64,000 nucleotides of DNA from an uncultured virus (IMG/VR IMGVR_UViG_2891442665_000011) (taxonomy: Duplodnaviria > Heunggongvirae > Uroviricota > Caudoviricetes). Where the stretch lies: IMG/VR virus record IMGVR_UViG_2891442665_000011, one strand, 5' to 3'. The position numbers and the translations under genes were made by a program. The notes beneath the pieces were generated by a model. The model saw only the letters and a list, made by a program, of their open reading frames with translations. It made no database searches and was not told where the DNA came from. How positions within the stretch are numbered: position 1 is the first letter of the stretch; each line of letters opens with the position of its first letter. This document shows positions 50,555 to 59,486 of the stretch, in pieces.

Positions 50555-51520
50555 TCACATCAGTTCCCAGATGTTTCCGTCCACGTTGAAATCCAAAAGA
50601 ATGGCCGGCTCAAAACCATTCGCAAAATCGGAATAACTCAGATTGTCCGCATACAAACCGAAGTCAACATAGTTGTCGCCGATAGGATGCTCTGCATCAT
50701 AAACCCATCCAACAACCTGACCGGCTTTTGTCGGAGGCAGCCCCAGCATGTCGTAAACATCGTTCAAGAAAAGGCGTTTCTTTGCCCTGAGCAAATCGTT
50801 GGCGTACTTTTCCTGTGCTTTCAGGAACATCAGATTGTACTCGTTGTTGCTTTCCCAGTGAGGGTTCAGGACGCTGTTTCCGTCTTCGTCCATCGTGTAC
50901 TTCTCAAAGAATCGGGCGTATCCGCTTACATCGGACGGGTTGACAACGAAAGCGGTTTTCTTCACTTTCTTTTCTTTGCCGGTTTCCTCATCGATAACGG
51001 TCTCGCTTACCTTCTCCGCTTTGATATTGTATTTAAGCTCCCGGTCGATCTCCTTGCCGAAGCGCTCAATAACCCGTTTCCGATATTCCTTGAAACTCTT
51101 ATCCACAGTTGCATAAGCCGCAGCCAGAGCGACATTCCTTTTCCGAAGAATATTGTTCGATGCCAAAATGCTGGTGATAGATAACGCGCCAAGAGCCACA
51201 GCGGGAGCATACAGCTTGGCGAGTTTAACTCCGGTCTGAAGATAAACAACAGACAGGTCTTTCTTGGAATCCTCAATGGAGTAGTCTTCGCCAGCCTTGG
51301 TGACTCCCTTTTCTGTCGCATCGTGAATCTCGTCCACATCGTTCTTCGTCTTGTCGATGATTTTTCCGACCTTCGTTGTTGCCCGGCACGCCATAACCGT
51401 ACTCGCTACCGTTCCGACGATACCTGCCACAATGAGAATCTCCGGGCTGTGTTTTTTCAACTGAAAGCCGACTTTATTGAAAGTTCCGCTTACCTTCGTC
51501 ATGATTTCTTCTTTTTTCAT
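50555..51520 (-). CDS. DUF6353-like protein, paralog 1
   Basis: KKHSPEIL...LAAAY...LNDVY..LG. Confidence 0.7.
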   Translation of the reverse strand: MKKEEIMTKVSGTFNKVGFQLKKHSPEILIVAGIVGTVASTVMACRATTKVGKIIDKTKNDVDEIHDATEKGVTKAGEDYSIEDSKKDLSVVYLQTGVKLAKLYAPAVALGALSITSILASNNILRKRNVALAAAYATVDKSFKEYRKRVIERFGKEIDRELKYNIKAEKVSETVIDEETGKEKKVKKTAFVVNPSDVSGYARFFEKYTMDEDGNSVLNPHWESNNEYNLMFLKAQEKYANDLLRAKKRLFLNDVYDMLGLPPTKAGQVVGWVYDAEHPIGDNYVDFGLYADNLSYSDFANGFEPAILLDFNVDGNIWELM

Positions 51521-51522
51521 GG

Positions 51523-51774
51523 TTAATTGTTCTCCTTTTCCAAATTTTTGAGATGGTCAATAAGATGCTGCGTGTACCACATGATTTTCTCCAAATCCTG
51601 GATTCCGTTCTTTTTCTTCCAACGGCACGCATATTTGATGATGTTACCGGTATCCACCGCTTCAATACCCTTGAGGTCGAACGTAAAAGCTTCTATTGCC
51701 TCGATTACTTCCAACCCTGTTTCTGACTGGTAGTGATCGGGATGGGATACCATTTTGTCCCTTGATTCATACAT
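51523..51774 (-). CDS. DUF3310-like protein
   Basis: VSHPDHY...GNIIKY..RWKKKNG.QDLEK..WY. Confidence 0.75.
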   Translation of the reverse strand: MYESRDKMVSHPDHYQSETGLEVIEAIEAFTFDLKGIEAVDTGNIIKYACRWKKKNGIQDLEKIMWYTQHLIDHLKNLEKENN

Positions 51775-51787
51775 GGCAAATCCCTCC

Positions 51788-52408
51788 CTAATTCAGCGGA
51801 AGCGCTTTAGGCAGCTTAAGAATATAACCGTCTCTTACCCGAACGGGCTTGCATCCGCTGATATCTGTCCAGCCGTACTTATTCACGGCATAGTTGTTTG
51901 TTGATACATCAGCCAAATCATACAAATCGCCAACGCTGACCACTCCATACTGGCTGATAATGTCGTTCATAGCATCGAGAACTGACTCAGCGTCCCCACG
52001 GGTTTCAAATATAATGTCGTCGTAATCATACCCGCCCCTCGTCCCCGCTGAACGATAATCCCTCCTCCGGTCAGAATCCCGGTCATAGAATTTTCCGTAA
52101 GATACCTTGGATGCTGTCGAGTTTTTCTTGGTACGTCCTGTTTCACCGTAAAGAATCATGTCAATTCCGTTCGTCACAATATCTGAGATTGCTTTCTTTA
52201 CCGCAGGTACCAAAACCTCCATAATGATATAGGATTTGACATTCCCGACATCCTCGGAAATAAAGACATCGGCAAACTTCTGCATTTCACCTTTCTTTTT
52301 TGATTTGGCAGAGCCGGTGATTACTTTCCCTACTTTTTTCTCAGGTAAAGCATCGGATTCTCGCTGTTCTTCTTTGGATTTATGAGAATTCGGCTTGTAT
52401 TCTTCCAT
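51788..52408 (-). CDS. Hypothetical phage protein
   Basis: AAAGGAGA RBS; VSVGDLYDL..YGW. Confidence 0.65.
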   Translation of the reverse strand: MEEYKPNSHKSKEEQRESDALPEKKVGKVITGSAKSKKKGEMQKFADVFISEDVGNVKSYIIMEVLVPAVKKAISDIVTNGIDMILYGETGRTKKNSTASKVSYGKFYDRDSDRRRDYRSAGTRGGYDYDDIIFETRGDAESVLDAMNDIISQYGVVSVGDLYDLADVSTNNYAVNKYGWTDISGCKPVRVRDGYILKLPKALPLN

Positions 52409-52612
52409 TTACTTTCTCCTTTCACCAGCCGCAATCAGCTTCCCAGGTAACGTAATTCTCGTATTCGGAAGTCTGTTGTGCTGCTTTTTAAATTGATACA
52501 CAAGATTACTCCTTGCTTTTTTCTCAGACACGGCATAGGTGGTCGATTTCCAACGATGCGCGACACAGTTTTCAAACTCCATAACCGGTCCATCATATGC
52601 ATACTGGTTCAT
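52409..52612 (-). CDS. Hypothetical protein
   Basis: GGAGGTG RBS. Confidence 0.55.
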   Translation of the reverse strand: MNQYAYDGPVMEFENCVAHRWKSTTYAVSEKKARSNLVYQFKKQHNRLPNTRITLPGKLIAAGERRK

Positions 52613-52704
52613 AAAAACACCTCCTGCAAAAAGGAAAAAGGGAAAGCACCTTGTTTCAGATACTCTCCCTCGCATGATCCACCAAATATCATACACGCAG
52701 ATTT

Positions 52705-52965
52705 TTATTTTTCTGATTCTTCATCGGTTTCGGCAACCTCGACATCGACATCTACCACCACGTCGGACTCCATACGCTTTGCCTCTCTCCGTGCTTTGAT
52801 TTTGGCCATTACCGGTTTAGCCAGCTTGCAGATTGCCATACCTGCAAGGATGCCCAAACCGAAACCAGCCGCCACCTTACAGCCGCAGCGAGAACTCGCT
52901 TCAACAACTTCCTCCGTTGTAGTTTCGATAAGTTCCTCGTTTGCCATAACTTCGTTAGGTTCCAT
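52705..52965 (-). CDS. Small membrane protein in a promoter-terminator cassette
   Basis: Motif copy at 53005-53030; central TM segment. Confidence 0.65.
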   Translation of the reverse strand: MEPNEVMANEELIETTTEEVVEASSRCGCKVAAGFGLGILAGMAICKLAKPVMAKIKARREAKRMESDVVVDVDVEVAETDEESEK

Positions 52966-53032
52966 AATTGTTCTCCTTTCGTTTATGAAATAATGTGGAT
53001 TACTCCATTAAAGACATTGTTTTTTTCGCGCA

Positions 53033-53803
53033 TTAACCGTTGCTGAAATCGTATCTCGGAGCGATGTGATACTCAATTACAAGGCAAGGCGTTCCGTCGT
53101 CAGCCAATTGCGAGCTGAATGACACATCAATATACCCTTGGTCAATGTTCCAGCCGAGTTCATCTCCGATGGAAGTCCCGTTCAAACCGATTTCGTAATA
53201 GAACTCGTTCAGAGAAATATACATCTCATCCCGCATCCGTAAGTTAAGCTCATTGACAGCCTTCTTTATCTTCTCGATATCGGACTTAAAATATCGCCCG
53301 GACACAGTATCGAAGCAGAGAGTGTTTCCACGCTCAAGAATAACCACCTCACGATTGCTTACCGGATTCTTCTCGATTTTATCCTTAGCAACCGCATCCC
53401 GGATTCCCTGTTCTTTTTTCTCTCCGATGGTTTCCACCACTTTTTCCTGATACTCTTTCAAAGCCGATTCCGAAAGTGTATAAGCCGTAGCAAGCGCCGC
53501 TCTGCGCCGTATATTTACTGAACTGGCTCCGATTAAACAGGCTATTGAAACAGTTCCGATAACAGCCGTTGGAATGTAACAAGCCCACGCAGCCTGAACG
53601 GTTTCTTTCGGTGTGAGATCGTTTACCTCCAGCTCGTCCTTCCTTTCTTCAATGAGAATTAGAGCTTTTGGTGTAGCCCGGACCGCCATCACGGTTGTTG
53701 TAATCATCCCGGCAATCCCGATACCGGTTAGAATTTCCGGACTGTGTTTTTTCACGGCAGTTCGCATGTTTCGGATAGCTGCCGCTATTGTTTTTTTGTC
53801 CAT
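53033..53803 (-). CDS. DUF6353-like protein, paralog 2
   Basis: KKHSPEILTGIG...SLNEFY..IG; start at MDKK with AAAGGAGA RBS. Confidence 0.7.
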   Translation of the reverse strand: MDKKTIAAAIRNMRTAVKKHSPEILTGIGIAGMITTTVMAVRATPKALILIEERKDELEVNDLTPKETVQAAWACYIPTAVIGTVSIACLIGASSVNIRRRAALATAYTLSESALKEYQEKVVETIGEKKEQGIRDAVAKDKIEKNPVSNREVVILERGNTLCFDTVSGRYFKSDIEKIKKAVNELNLRMRDEMYISLNEFYYEIGLNGTSIGDELGWNIDQGYIDVSFSSQLADDGTPCLVIEYHIAPRYDFSNG

Positions 53804-53862
53804 CGATGTTCTCCTTTCGAATCTGGTCGCACATAAGCGCATCCCCTTTCTAAAATATAAAA

Positions 53863-53879
53863 CCGCCCACAAGGGGCGG
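53863..53879. other. DGR target-recognition hairpin downstream of VR2
   Basis: CCGCCC-ACAAG-GGGCGG, 3 nt after the stop codon. Confidence 0.8.
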
Positions 53880-53882
53880 CGA

Positions 53883-54431
53883 TTATTTAACCAACCAGAA
53901 CTCCGGACGAACCCCGCCAGAGGCCGAAGCGCCGTAGTAGTCCGCAACGTCACGGCTGCCCACAACGGCGAAATGAGCCGAAGAAACGCTCCTCTTGGTT
54001 GCATTGCGAAGCCACCACCAGCACCAGTCATCCTTAAAATCGCAGACTCTGTTTCCGCGCCGCTTCATAAGCTCGAACTGCTCATCGTTATCCGGCTCAA
54101 AGTTTTCGTAAAAATCGTCGTGACCGAAAATCTCCCCGTATGTAGGAAGCGTAATCTCACGAATTTTGGTTCTCAGCTTTTCCGGAAATGACGGAAGAAC
54201 CGTTTCGCGGAGCCACCTGCACATATCCGATTTGTCGAAACCGCCCTCATTGGTGTTGGTCTCATTCATCGGATGCCGGGCGATAACATCGTCAAACAGG
54301 AAAAGAATTCCCTTGTCCGTCACTCTCTGAGCCGTGGCCGTAAACTTTCCGAAGCCGCTCAGCCTCACCGTAATCTGATCTCCTACACAAATTTCGTTTG
54401 TCTTGAACAGCACCTTTCTTGCTACCTTCAT
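53883..54431 (-). CDS. DGR target 2: stand-alone C-type-lectin-like (DUF6273-like) protein in the early region
   Basis: MNETNTNEGG...LP...WWWLR...GVRP shared with target 1; contains VR2. Confidence 0.9.
   Translation of the reverse strand: MKVARKVLFKTNEICVGDQITVRLSGFGKFTATAQRVTDKGILFLFDDVIARHPMNETNTNEGGFDKSDMCRWLRETVLPSFPEKLRTKIREITLPTYGEIFGHDDFYENFEPDNDEQFELMKRRGNRVCDFKDDWCWWWLRNATKRSVSSAHFAVVGSRDVADYYGASASGGVRPEFWLVK
53902..53988 (-). repeat. DGR variable repeat 2 (VR2)
   Basis: 18 mismatches to TR, all at TR adenines. Confidence 0.96.
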
Positions 54432-54460
54432 GATTTTTTTCTCCTTTCAATTTTGGCTAA

Positions 54461-54766
54461 TTATTTCAAACATCTTGTAATTTCCAAGATGTCTGTTGCT
54501 ATTTCATAGGCAACATTAAATATCTGCCTGTCTCTTTTATCAGCGTGGTCTTTCATAGAAAATTCTCGTGTCTTTGTTGCGAAGTCCGAAATGATATCAA
54601 TTGGGTCTTGTTCCGGATTTTTGCGAATACAATTCAAGAGTTCGTTTCCAGCCCATCGTTGATAACTAACTTCCTTGAACCAATGCTTATCCCAACTTCG
54701 TTGTGGTTCTGTGAAATCGAAAATATAATCCTCAATAATCAAAATAACCTGTTCATACTTAGACAT
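54461..54766 (-). CDS. Hypothetical protein
   Basis: GGGGAG RBS. Confidence 0.6.
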   Translation of the reverse strand: MSKYEQVILIIEDYIFDFTEPQRSWDKHWFKEVSYQRWAGNELLNCIRKNPEQDPIDIISDFATKTREFSMKDHADKRDRQIFNVAYEIATDILEITRCLK

Positions 54767-54801
54767 AGCTCTCCCCTTATAACAGAAAAGAAGAGTCCCT
54801 G

Positions 54802-54972
54802 TTAGGACTCCTCAATTTCGTCATCTCTTTTGGCAAGTGCTTCGTTTACTTTTTCTTCGATTTTTTCATCCATCTTCTGCTCGTTGACCCAATCGGTTAC
54901 AAGCGTTGCCGCCACTCCTATAAAAGTCGCCGCCAGACCAAGAACTTTAATCAATTTACTCTTAGTAGCCAT
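54802..54972 (-). CDS. 56-aa membrane protein cassette (not in the ORF track)
   Basis: MATKSKLIKVLGLAATFIGVAATLVTDW...EES*; motif at 54991-55016; stop codon lies inside the terminator hairpin. Confidence 0.7.
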   Translation of the reverse strand: MATKSKLIKVLGLAATFIGVAATLVTDWVNEQKMDEKIEEKVNEALAKRDDEIEES

Positions 54973-55018
54973 AAAGCGATTACCTCCTTTTCATAATAGA
55001 ACTTGCAATTTTTGCGAA

Positions 55019-55795
55019 CTAAGAAATATCCAATTTCCCATCAAATTTGTTAGGGTCCCAGACAGCGGATATCACACAACATTCCAAACCGTCTTCCATC
55101 ACAGTGCGATGATTTTCAAAGTCAAGCCACATAATTCCACCTTCCATAAGATCGTCCATAGCCCAGGCTATTTCATCTCCGTATTTGATTCCGTCAAGAC
55201 CAAGGAAATCATAGAACTCATTTATAGTTGTATAGCCTCGAAGTTGAAGATTTCGATTTATATGATACTGAGCGTTCACTATGGCGGCCATTGTTGCAGT
55301 AAAATATCTCTTGGAAAACATGTCATAACAAAGAATTTTTTCGCTTTCCGAGTCCATATCCGCCGAATAGACACCTAACCCGTCAGCCGAAATATAGGTT
55401 TCTTTAGCTATTTCAGCATGGATTTTGTTATCAGCATCTTCGCCATAAACTTTTTTGGCTGCTTGTTGGTACTGCTTGTAGGATTCGTTAAGCATAGCGT
55501 ATGCGCTCGTCAAAGCCGCCTGATTGCGCTTGTCCATTACACCAATACCAACAATACACGTAACGGTGCCAATACCTATCAAGACTGACGGAATATAACA
55601 TTGCCAAGTCGTCTGTACAAGTTCCATAGGTGTAAGCTTATCCGTTTCCAGCTCATCTTTCTTGGCTTTAATAAGCCGCAATGCTTTAGGTGTTGCTCGT
55701 ACTGCCGTTACAGCCGTACCAACAACGCCGACGATTCCTAAAGCAGTTAGGATTGTCGGGGATGATCGTCGCAACCCCATTGTAAATTTGCCCAT
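55019..55795 (-). CDS. DUF6353-like protein, paralog 3
   Basis: SSPTILTALG...AVRATPKA...TINEFY..LG. Confidence 0.7.
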   Translation of the reverse strand: MGKFTMGLRRSSPTILTALGIVGVVGTAVTAVRATPKALRLIKAKKDELETDKLTPMELVQTTWQCYIPSVLIGIGTVTCIVGIGVMDKRNQAALTSAYAMLNESYKQYQQAAKKVYGEDADNKIHAEIAKETYISADGLGVYSADMDSESEKILCYDMFSKRYFTATMAAIVNAQYHINRNLQLRGYTTINEFYDFLGLDGIKYGDEIAWAMDDLMEGGIMWLDFENHRTVMEDGLECCVISAVWDPNKFDGKLDIS

Positions 55796-55854
55796 ATGTT
55801 TTCTCCTTTCATTTTTGGCAAAAATAAAAGAGCCGTTGCCGACTCCAAACTTAA

Positions 55855-55926
55855 GAGAAGCAGATAGGACTCGAACCTATAACTTCCACGGGTGTGTGGC
55901 GCTCTACCAATTGAGCTACTGTCTCT
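55855..55926 (-). tRNA. tRNA-like element with a degenerate anticodon arm
   Basis: TAGCTCAATTGGTAGAGC D-arm; ATAGG-TTCGAGT-CCTAT T-arm; anticodon arm only CCAC-ACACCC-GTGG; acceptor stem has an A-C mismatch; no CCA. Confidence 0.65.
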
Positions 55927-55981
55927 CCATAATATAACCTGTAAATTTCGCGTAAAAAGAAAAAGAGCCGTTGTTAGCGGC

Positions 55982-56149
55982 TCACTTCCTTCGCTTGATA
56001 ATGTATCTAATAATGATAACTATTAGACCGATACATATAATCACATCACCAAACATCAGTATAAATACTATTCCACATGTTCCAATCGTGAAAATAGCAC
56101 ATACACTAAATACCAGTAACAGAATCAATAACACCGTAAATAATATCAT
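55982..56149 (-). CDS. 55-aa hydrophobic membrane protein cassette
   Basis: Motif at 56167-56192; terminator at 55954-55983. Confidence 0.7.
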   Translation of the reverse strand: MILFTVLLILLLVFSVCAIFTIGTCGIVFILMFGDVIICIGLIVIIIRYIIKRRK

Positions 56150-56228
56150 ATCGTTACACCATCCTTTCATAATACGCAATGTAAATATCGCGCAAAAAGA
56201 AAGAGCCCTTGTTAGGACTCCACTCCTG

Positions 56229-56369
56229 TTAAAAATAGTGTTCTTTCGGTATACCGTTCCATCCTTCGATCTGGTTAATTTCTTTCCCAATTTGTTTCAG
56301 CATTCTTACGATTTTAAACTGCGTCCCCAAAATAAGAATCCCCGTAACCAATAAAATAATAGTAAGCAT
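56229..56369 (-). CDS. 46-aa membrane peptide cassette (not in the ORF track)
   Basis: MLTIILLVTGILILGTQFK...; AAGGAGG RBS; motif at 56394-56419. Confidence 0.6.
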   Translation of the reverse strand: MLTIILLVTGILILGTQFKIVRMLKQIGKEINQIEGWNGIPKEHYF

Positions 56370-56466
56370 ACTTTCATCCTCCTTCTATTTTTTTCATAAA
56401 AGAAGTTGTATTTTATGCGAAGAAAAAAGAGAACCCGTTTAAACGCATTCCCTTTTTACATTTTTG

Positions 56467-56544
56467 CTAATCGTTGGTATCGTTTCTACCTTTTATCAGA
56501 ATTAACACCCCAATCAAAATCAGTGCACATCCTAATAAAGTCAT
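56467..56544 (-). CDS. 25-aa hydrophobic peptide cassette (not in the ORF track)
   Basis: MTLLGCALILIGVLILIKGRNDTND; motif at 56562-56587. Confidence 0.5.
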   Translation of the reverse strand: MTLLGCALILIGVLILIKGRNDTND

Positions 56545-56606
56545 AACTCTTCACCATCCTTTCATAATACGCAATGTAAATATCGCGCAAAAAGAAAGAG
56601 CCCTTG

Positions 56607-56795
56607 TTAGGACTCCTCCTCGTTTTTCTTAAACCTACTCTTGATGTACTCTGTGATGTCGCTCCAGTAGAACCAAAGGTACGGAACAATCATCGAAATC
56701 ACCAGTAACACCGAATATCCTTTCCAGTGCCTCCTCAGCCATTTCCATGACGGTCTCATAACCATTTCGTTGTATTCTTTTAATGCTCTCATCAT
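56607..56795 (-). CDS. Small membrane protein cassette
   Basis: Motif at 56827-56852; ends EES* inside the terminator. Confidence 0.7.
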   Translation of the reverse strand: MMRALKEYNEMVMRPSWKWLRRHWKGYSVLLVISMIVPYLWFYWSDITEYIKSRFKKNEEES

Positions 56796-56894
56796 AATTG
56801 TACCCTCCTGAAATTAGTTTATTTTTTCATAAAAGCCCTTGTAAATTTTGCGTATGTAAAAGCGAAGAGACCGTGTTTCCACAGTCTCAACTCT

Positions 56895-57110
56895 TTATAA
56901 ACCAATCGCTGCCAGGAGCTTTGTAAGCTCATCTTTTCCCAATTCCGCATCTATATTCAAGTGAACATGAGCCGTTCCGTCTGTAACCGTTGCGGTGAAT
57001 TCATTCAACTGGATATCCACTTCATATCCGGCTTTTTTCTTTACCTCTCTTTTTACAAACTTGGCAATCAAGTTCCTCAAGAATTTTGAGTTGATTTTCA
57101 TTTCGTCCAT
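56895..57110 (-). CDS. Small protein cassette
   Basis: Motif at 57143-57168; MDEMKINSK. Confidence 0.7.
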   Translation of the reverse strand: MDEMKINSKFLRNLIAKFVKREVKKKAGYEVDIQLNEFTATVTDGTAHVHLNIDAELGKDELTKLLAAIGL

Positions 57111-57187
57111 ACTCCTTTTTCTCCTTTCCAAACGTTGGTTTTTCATAAAGGGGGTTGTATTTTAAGCGCAAAAAGAAAGAGCCCTTG

Positions 57188-57343
57188 TTAGGACTCTCTC
57201 TCATACTGTAATTTCTGTAATGATATACGCATCTTTGCAAGTTCACTTCTGAGTGTTTCCATTTCATAGACATTTTTACTTCGTAGCAGCATATCCTCAA
57301 ATATGCGTATCTTACTGCTTAAATGCTTTTCTGTTTTGCTCAC
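57188..57343 (-). CDS. Small basic protein cassette (GTG start)
   Basis: Motif at 57375-57400; AAAGGAGA RBS; ends RES* inside the terminator. Confidence 0.6.
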   Translation of the reverse strand: MSKTEKHLSSKIRIFEDMLLRSKNVYEMETLRSELAKMRISLQKLQYERES

Positions 57344-57401
57344 TTTTTTTCTCCTTTCATAAATGCATAATTTTCCATAAAAGGAGCTGTAAATTTTGCG
57401 T

Positions 57402-57761
57402 CTAAATATCACGTCTGTCAAAGACCGTTTCCCACCGTTCTCTCGCAATTGGCTTCATCTTCAACGCCCACATAATCTGCCGGATGGTAACAGTAGGGTA
57501 GAGACCATCTTTACATTCTCCAGCTCGTTCGTCAAAGTATTTCTTGAATCCCGGATGCAAATATAAATCATCTGTCAGCCATGGGTCAACTTCACTCCAC
57601 CACGTACTCTTTGTCTCTGAGTCATATCGTTGCTGAATGACGGCTAATCCTTTATCACTAATCTGAAAAAGAGTGCAACTGTTATAAACTGGATGTTCAC
57701 AAATATAAAGTTTACCATACATCGAAAGATAAATAGCAGGCTTTTTGTAATGGTATCTCAT
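57402..57761 (-). CDS. Hypothetical protein
   Basis: GGGAGG RBS. Confidence 0.65.
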   Translation of the reverse strand: MRYHYKKPAIYLSMYGKLYICEHPVYNSCTLFQISDKGLAVIQQRYDSETKSTWWSEVDPWLTDDLYLHPGFKKYFDERAGECKDGLYPTVTIRQIMWALKMKPIARERWETVFDRRDI

Positions 57762-57824
57762 GCCAGCCTCCCAAAAGCAAAAGAAAGAGCCCTCGTCAGG
57801 ACTCCCTCTTGTGTTGATAATTCT

Positions 57825-58139
57825 TTAATCGTCAAATAGTTTACATGACGTTTTGCAATGCGGATATGGACCTCCGCAGGCTCTGCATCCTGCCGGTGGA
57901 ATATCACCTCCAAAACTCTTATGTACGCTTGATGTCCATTCTACTTCTTCGTCATCTTCGTACTCATATTCCATTTCATCCACTTCCCATCCACATGATG
58001 GGCAGGCGTAAATATCACATCCACCGTTTAGATCTTCTCTGCGGTCCATTACAGCCCCACATTTGTTGCAAATCGCATACCCGTTATTCAGGTATTCTAC
58101 CAATTCCATACCTTCGGGTCTGATAATTTTTTGGCTCAT
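57825..58139 (-). CDS. Zinc-ribbon protein
   Basis: CNKC, CPSC, CRAC; AAGGAGG RBS; sigmaA-like promoter TTGACT-N18-TACAAT at 58180-58209. Confidence 0.7.
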   Translation of the reverse strand: MSQKIIRPEGMELVEYLNNGYAICNKCGAVMDRREDLNGGCDIYACPSCGWEVDEMEYEYEDDEEVEWTSSVHKSFGGDIPPAGCRACGGPYPHCKTSCKLFDD

Positions 58140-58324
58140 AAAGTCATTACCTCCTTGATAATCCGAAAGTAACAGCATTATTGTACGGTTACTCTCTATA
58201 TTAAGTCAAGAGATAAAGAGCTCTTTTGCATCTCCATTCCATAATAGGGACTGTAAAAATCACGTAGAAAAACGAAAAGGACATGCTTTTCACACGTCCT
58301 CTCGTTCCGAAACTCTCAAATTCC

Positions 58325-58714
58325 TTATTTCTTCGTCGGTCTAAAACGGTTAAATAATCCTCTGAATGTTGTTGAGGTGTATGTTCCGCTTTCCTCGAAC
58401 TTAAATCCCCTGCGCATCCAGATTGCATAGAACATCAACGGCAATATTAACTCGGCCGCTGCCGTACCAAGCCTGAAGTATCGGTCTTTGACCTGTTCAG
58501 CTAACTGGTTCTTCTTAAACTCATCATCGTTTTTACGATTTTCTGATTTCTCCTCGAAGTCCAGTGCTGTTTTAGTCTCATCGACCCTCAGCTTGTACAA
58601 CGTTGCCAGATTTTCTGTCGCTGTCAAATGTTCTTTGCTCCCGAATTGCATAGAAGATAATGCTTCGATTTCTGCTTTAATCTCCTCGTCCAATAAGTTG
58701 CGGATTTCTTCCAT
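58325..58714 (-). CDS. Hypothetical protein with a TM-like segment
   Basis: Motif at 58750-58775. Confidence 0.65.
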   Translation of the reverse strand: MEEIRNLLDEEIKAEIEALSSMQFGSKEHLTATENLATLYKLRVDETKTALDFEEKSENRKNDDEFKKNQLAEQVKDRYFRLGTAAAELILPLMFYAIWMRRGFKFEESGTYTSTTFRGLFNRFRPTKK

Positions 58715-58764
58715 TTTGTTTTTCTCCTTTCACTCGGTTTTATCAGTTTCCATAAAAGGAACTG

Positions 58765-58995
58765 TTATTTCTGCGAAATATAACTTTTGAGGTTGACTTT
58801 AAGAATTACATACTTCTTGGATGCTACGGTATCTACATCCTTGGATAGTTCCAGAAACATAAATGGTCCATCCGGGTCAGAGGTATCAATCCGTAAAGTG
58901 CCAATATCCAAAGGTTTAGTTATAATCTTGGTTATAATTGAAGCAATTACAATGTCGATCGCAAAGATAATTACAAGGATAATTACAAGTTCCAT
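58765..58995 (-). CDS. Small membrane protein
   Basis: N-terminal TM segment; GTLRIDTSDPDGP. Confidence 0.65.
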   Translation of the reverse strand: MELVIILVIIFAIDIVIASIITKIITKPLDIGTLRIDTSDPDGPFMFLELSKDVDTVASKKYVILKVNLKSYISQK

Positions 58996-59054
58996 AGAGT
59001 TCTCCTTTCAAATTGTTTTTTCAAATTTTTCCACCCGGGAATTTTTCAGATATC

Positions 59055-59085
59055 AAAATACCATGTTTTTCCGTCACCTGCGTAC
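59055..59085 (-). promoter_or_regulatory. Second-class promoter-like motif
   Basis: GTACGCAGGTGACGGAA-N5-TG-N-TATTTT; 15 of 17 identical to the 4913-4929 box. Confidence 0.55.
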
Positions 59086-59127
59086 TGGAATTCTAAGCTA
59101 GAATAAAAAGAAAGAGCCATTGCTGGC

Positions 59128-59235
59128 TCAGTCTTTTAAAAGTCTTGTGATAAGGTATTCTGTTCCGATAATCCCTATAATGCAGATGCCAATCCAAGGG
59201 ATAAGCCCTGCTATGTATGGATTTTTGATTTTCAT
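59128..59235 (-). CDS. 35-aa membrane peptide cassette (not in the ORF track)
   Basis: MKIKNPYIAGLIPWIGICIIGIIGTEYLITRLLKD; motif at 59253-59278; terminator at 59105-59129. Confidence 0.6.
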   Translation of the reverse strand: MKIKNPYIAGLIPWIGICIIGIIGTEYLITRLLKD

Positions 59236-59267
59236 AAAATATCACTCTCCTTTCATAATAGGAGCTG

Positions 59268-59486
59268 TTATTTCTGCGAACCCTCACCTTCATAGACGAT
59301 TTTCTTCCTCAAATCAGACCACGAAATATAACGTTCCTTCCGGCAGACTGGGCAGAAGAATTTAATCACTTTGCCGCCGATGTCCTCCAAATCCTGACTG
59401 TCCGCTTCCAACCGGCTTTGACAATTCGGGCAGTTGAATCGGTACACTTTTTTCACCGCAACATCTACAATCTTCATATCAACCAC
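59268..59486 (-). CDS. Zinc-ribbon protein
   Basis: CPNC...CPVC. Confidence 0.65.
   Translation of the reverse strand: MVDMKIVDVAVKKVYRFNCPNCQSRLEADSQDLEDIGGKVIKFFCPVCRKERYISWSDLRKKIVYEGEGSQK

Larger units (their letters stand above)
56157..56616. repeat. Identical 65-bp terminator+promoter+RBS unit (56157-56221 and 56552-56616)
   Basis: Exact direct repeat on inspection. Confidence 0.9.

Noticed and set aside
53804..54031. N-terminal extension of ORF 53033..54031
   Set aside because: It overlaps target 2 and its hairpin; the real start is MDKK at 53803 with a strong RBS.
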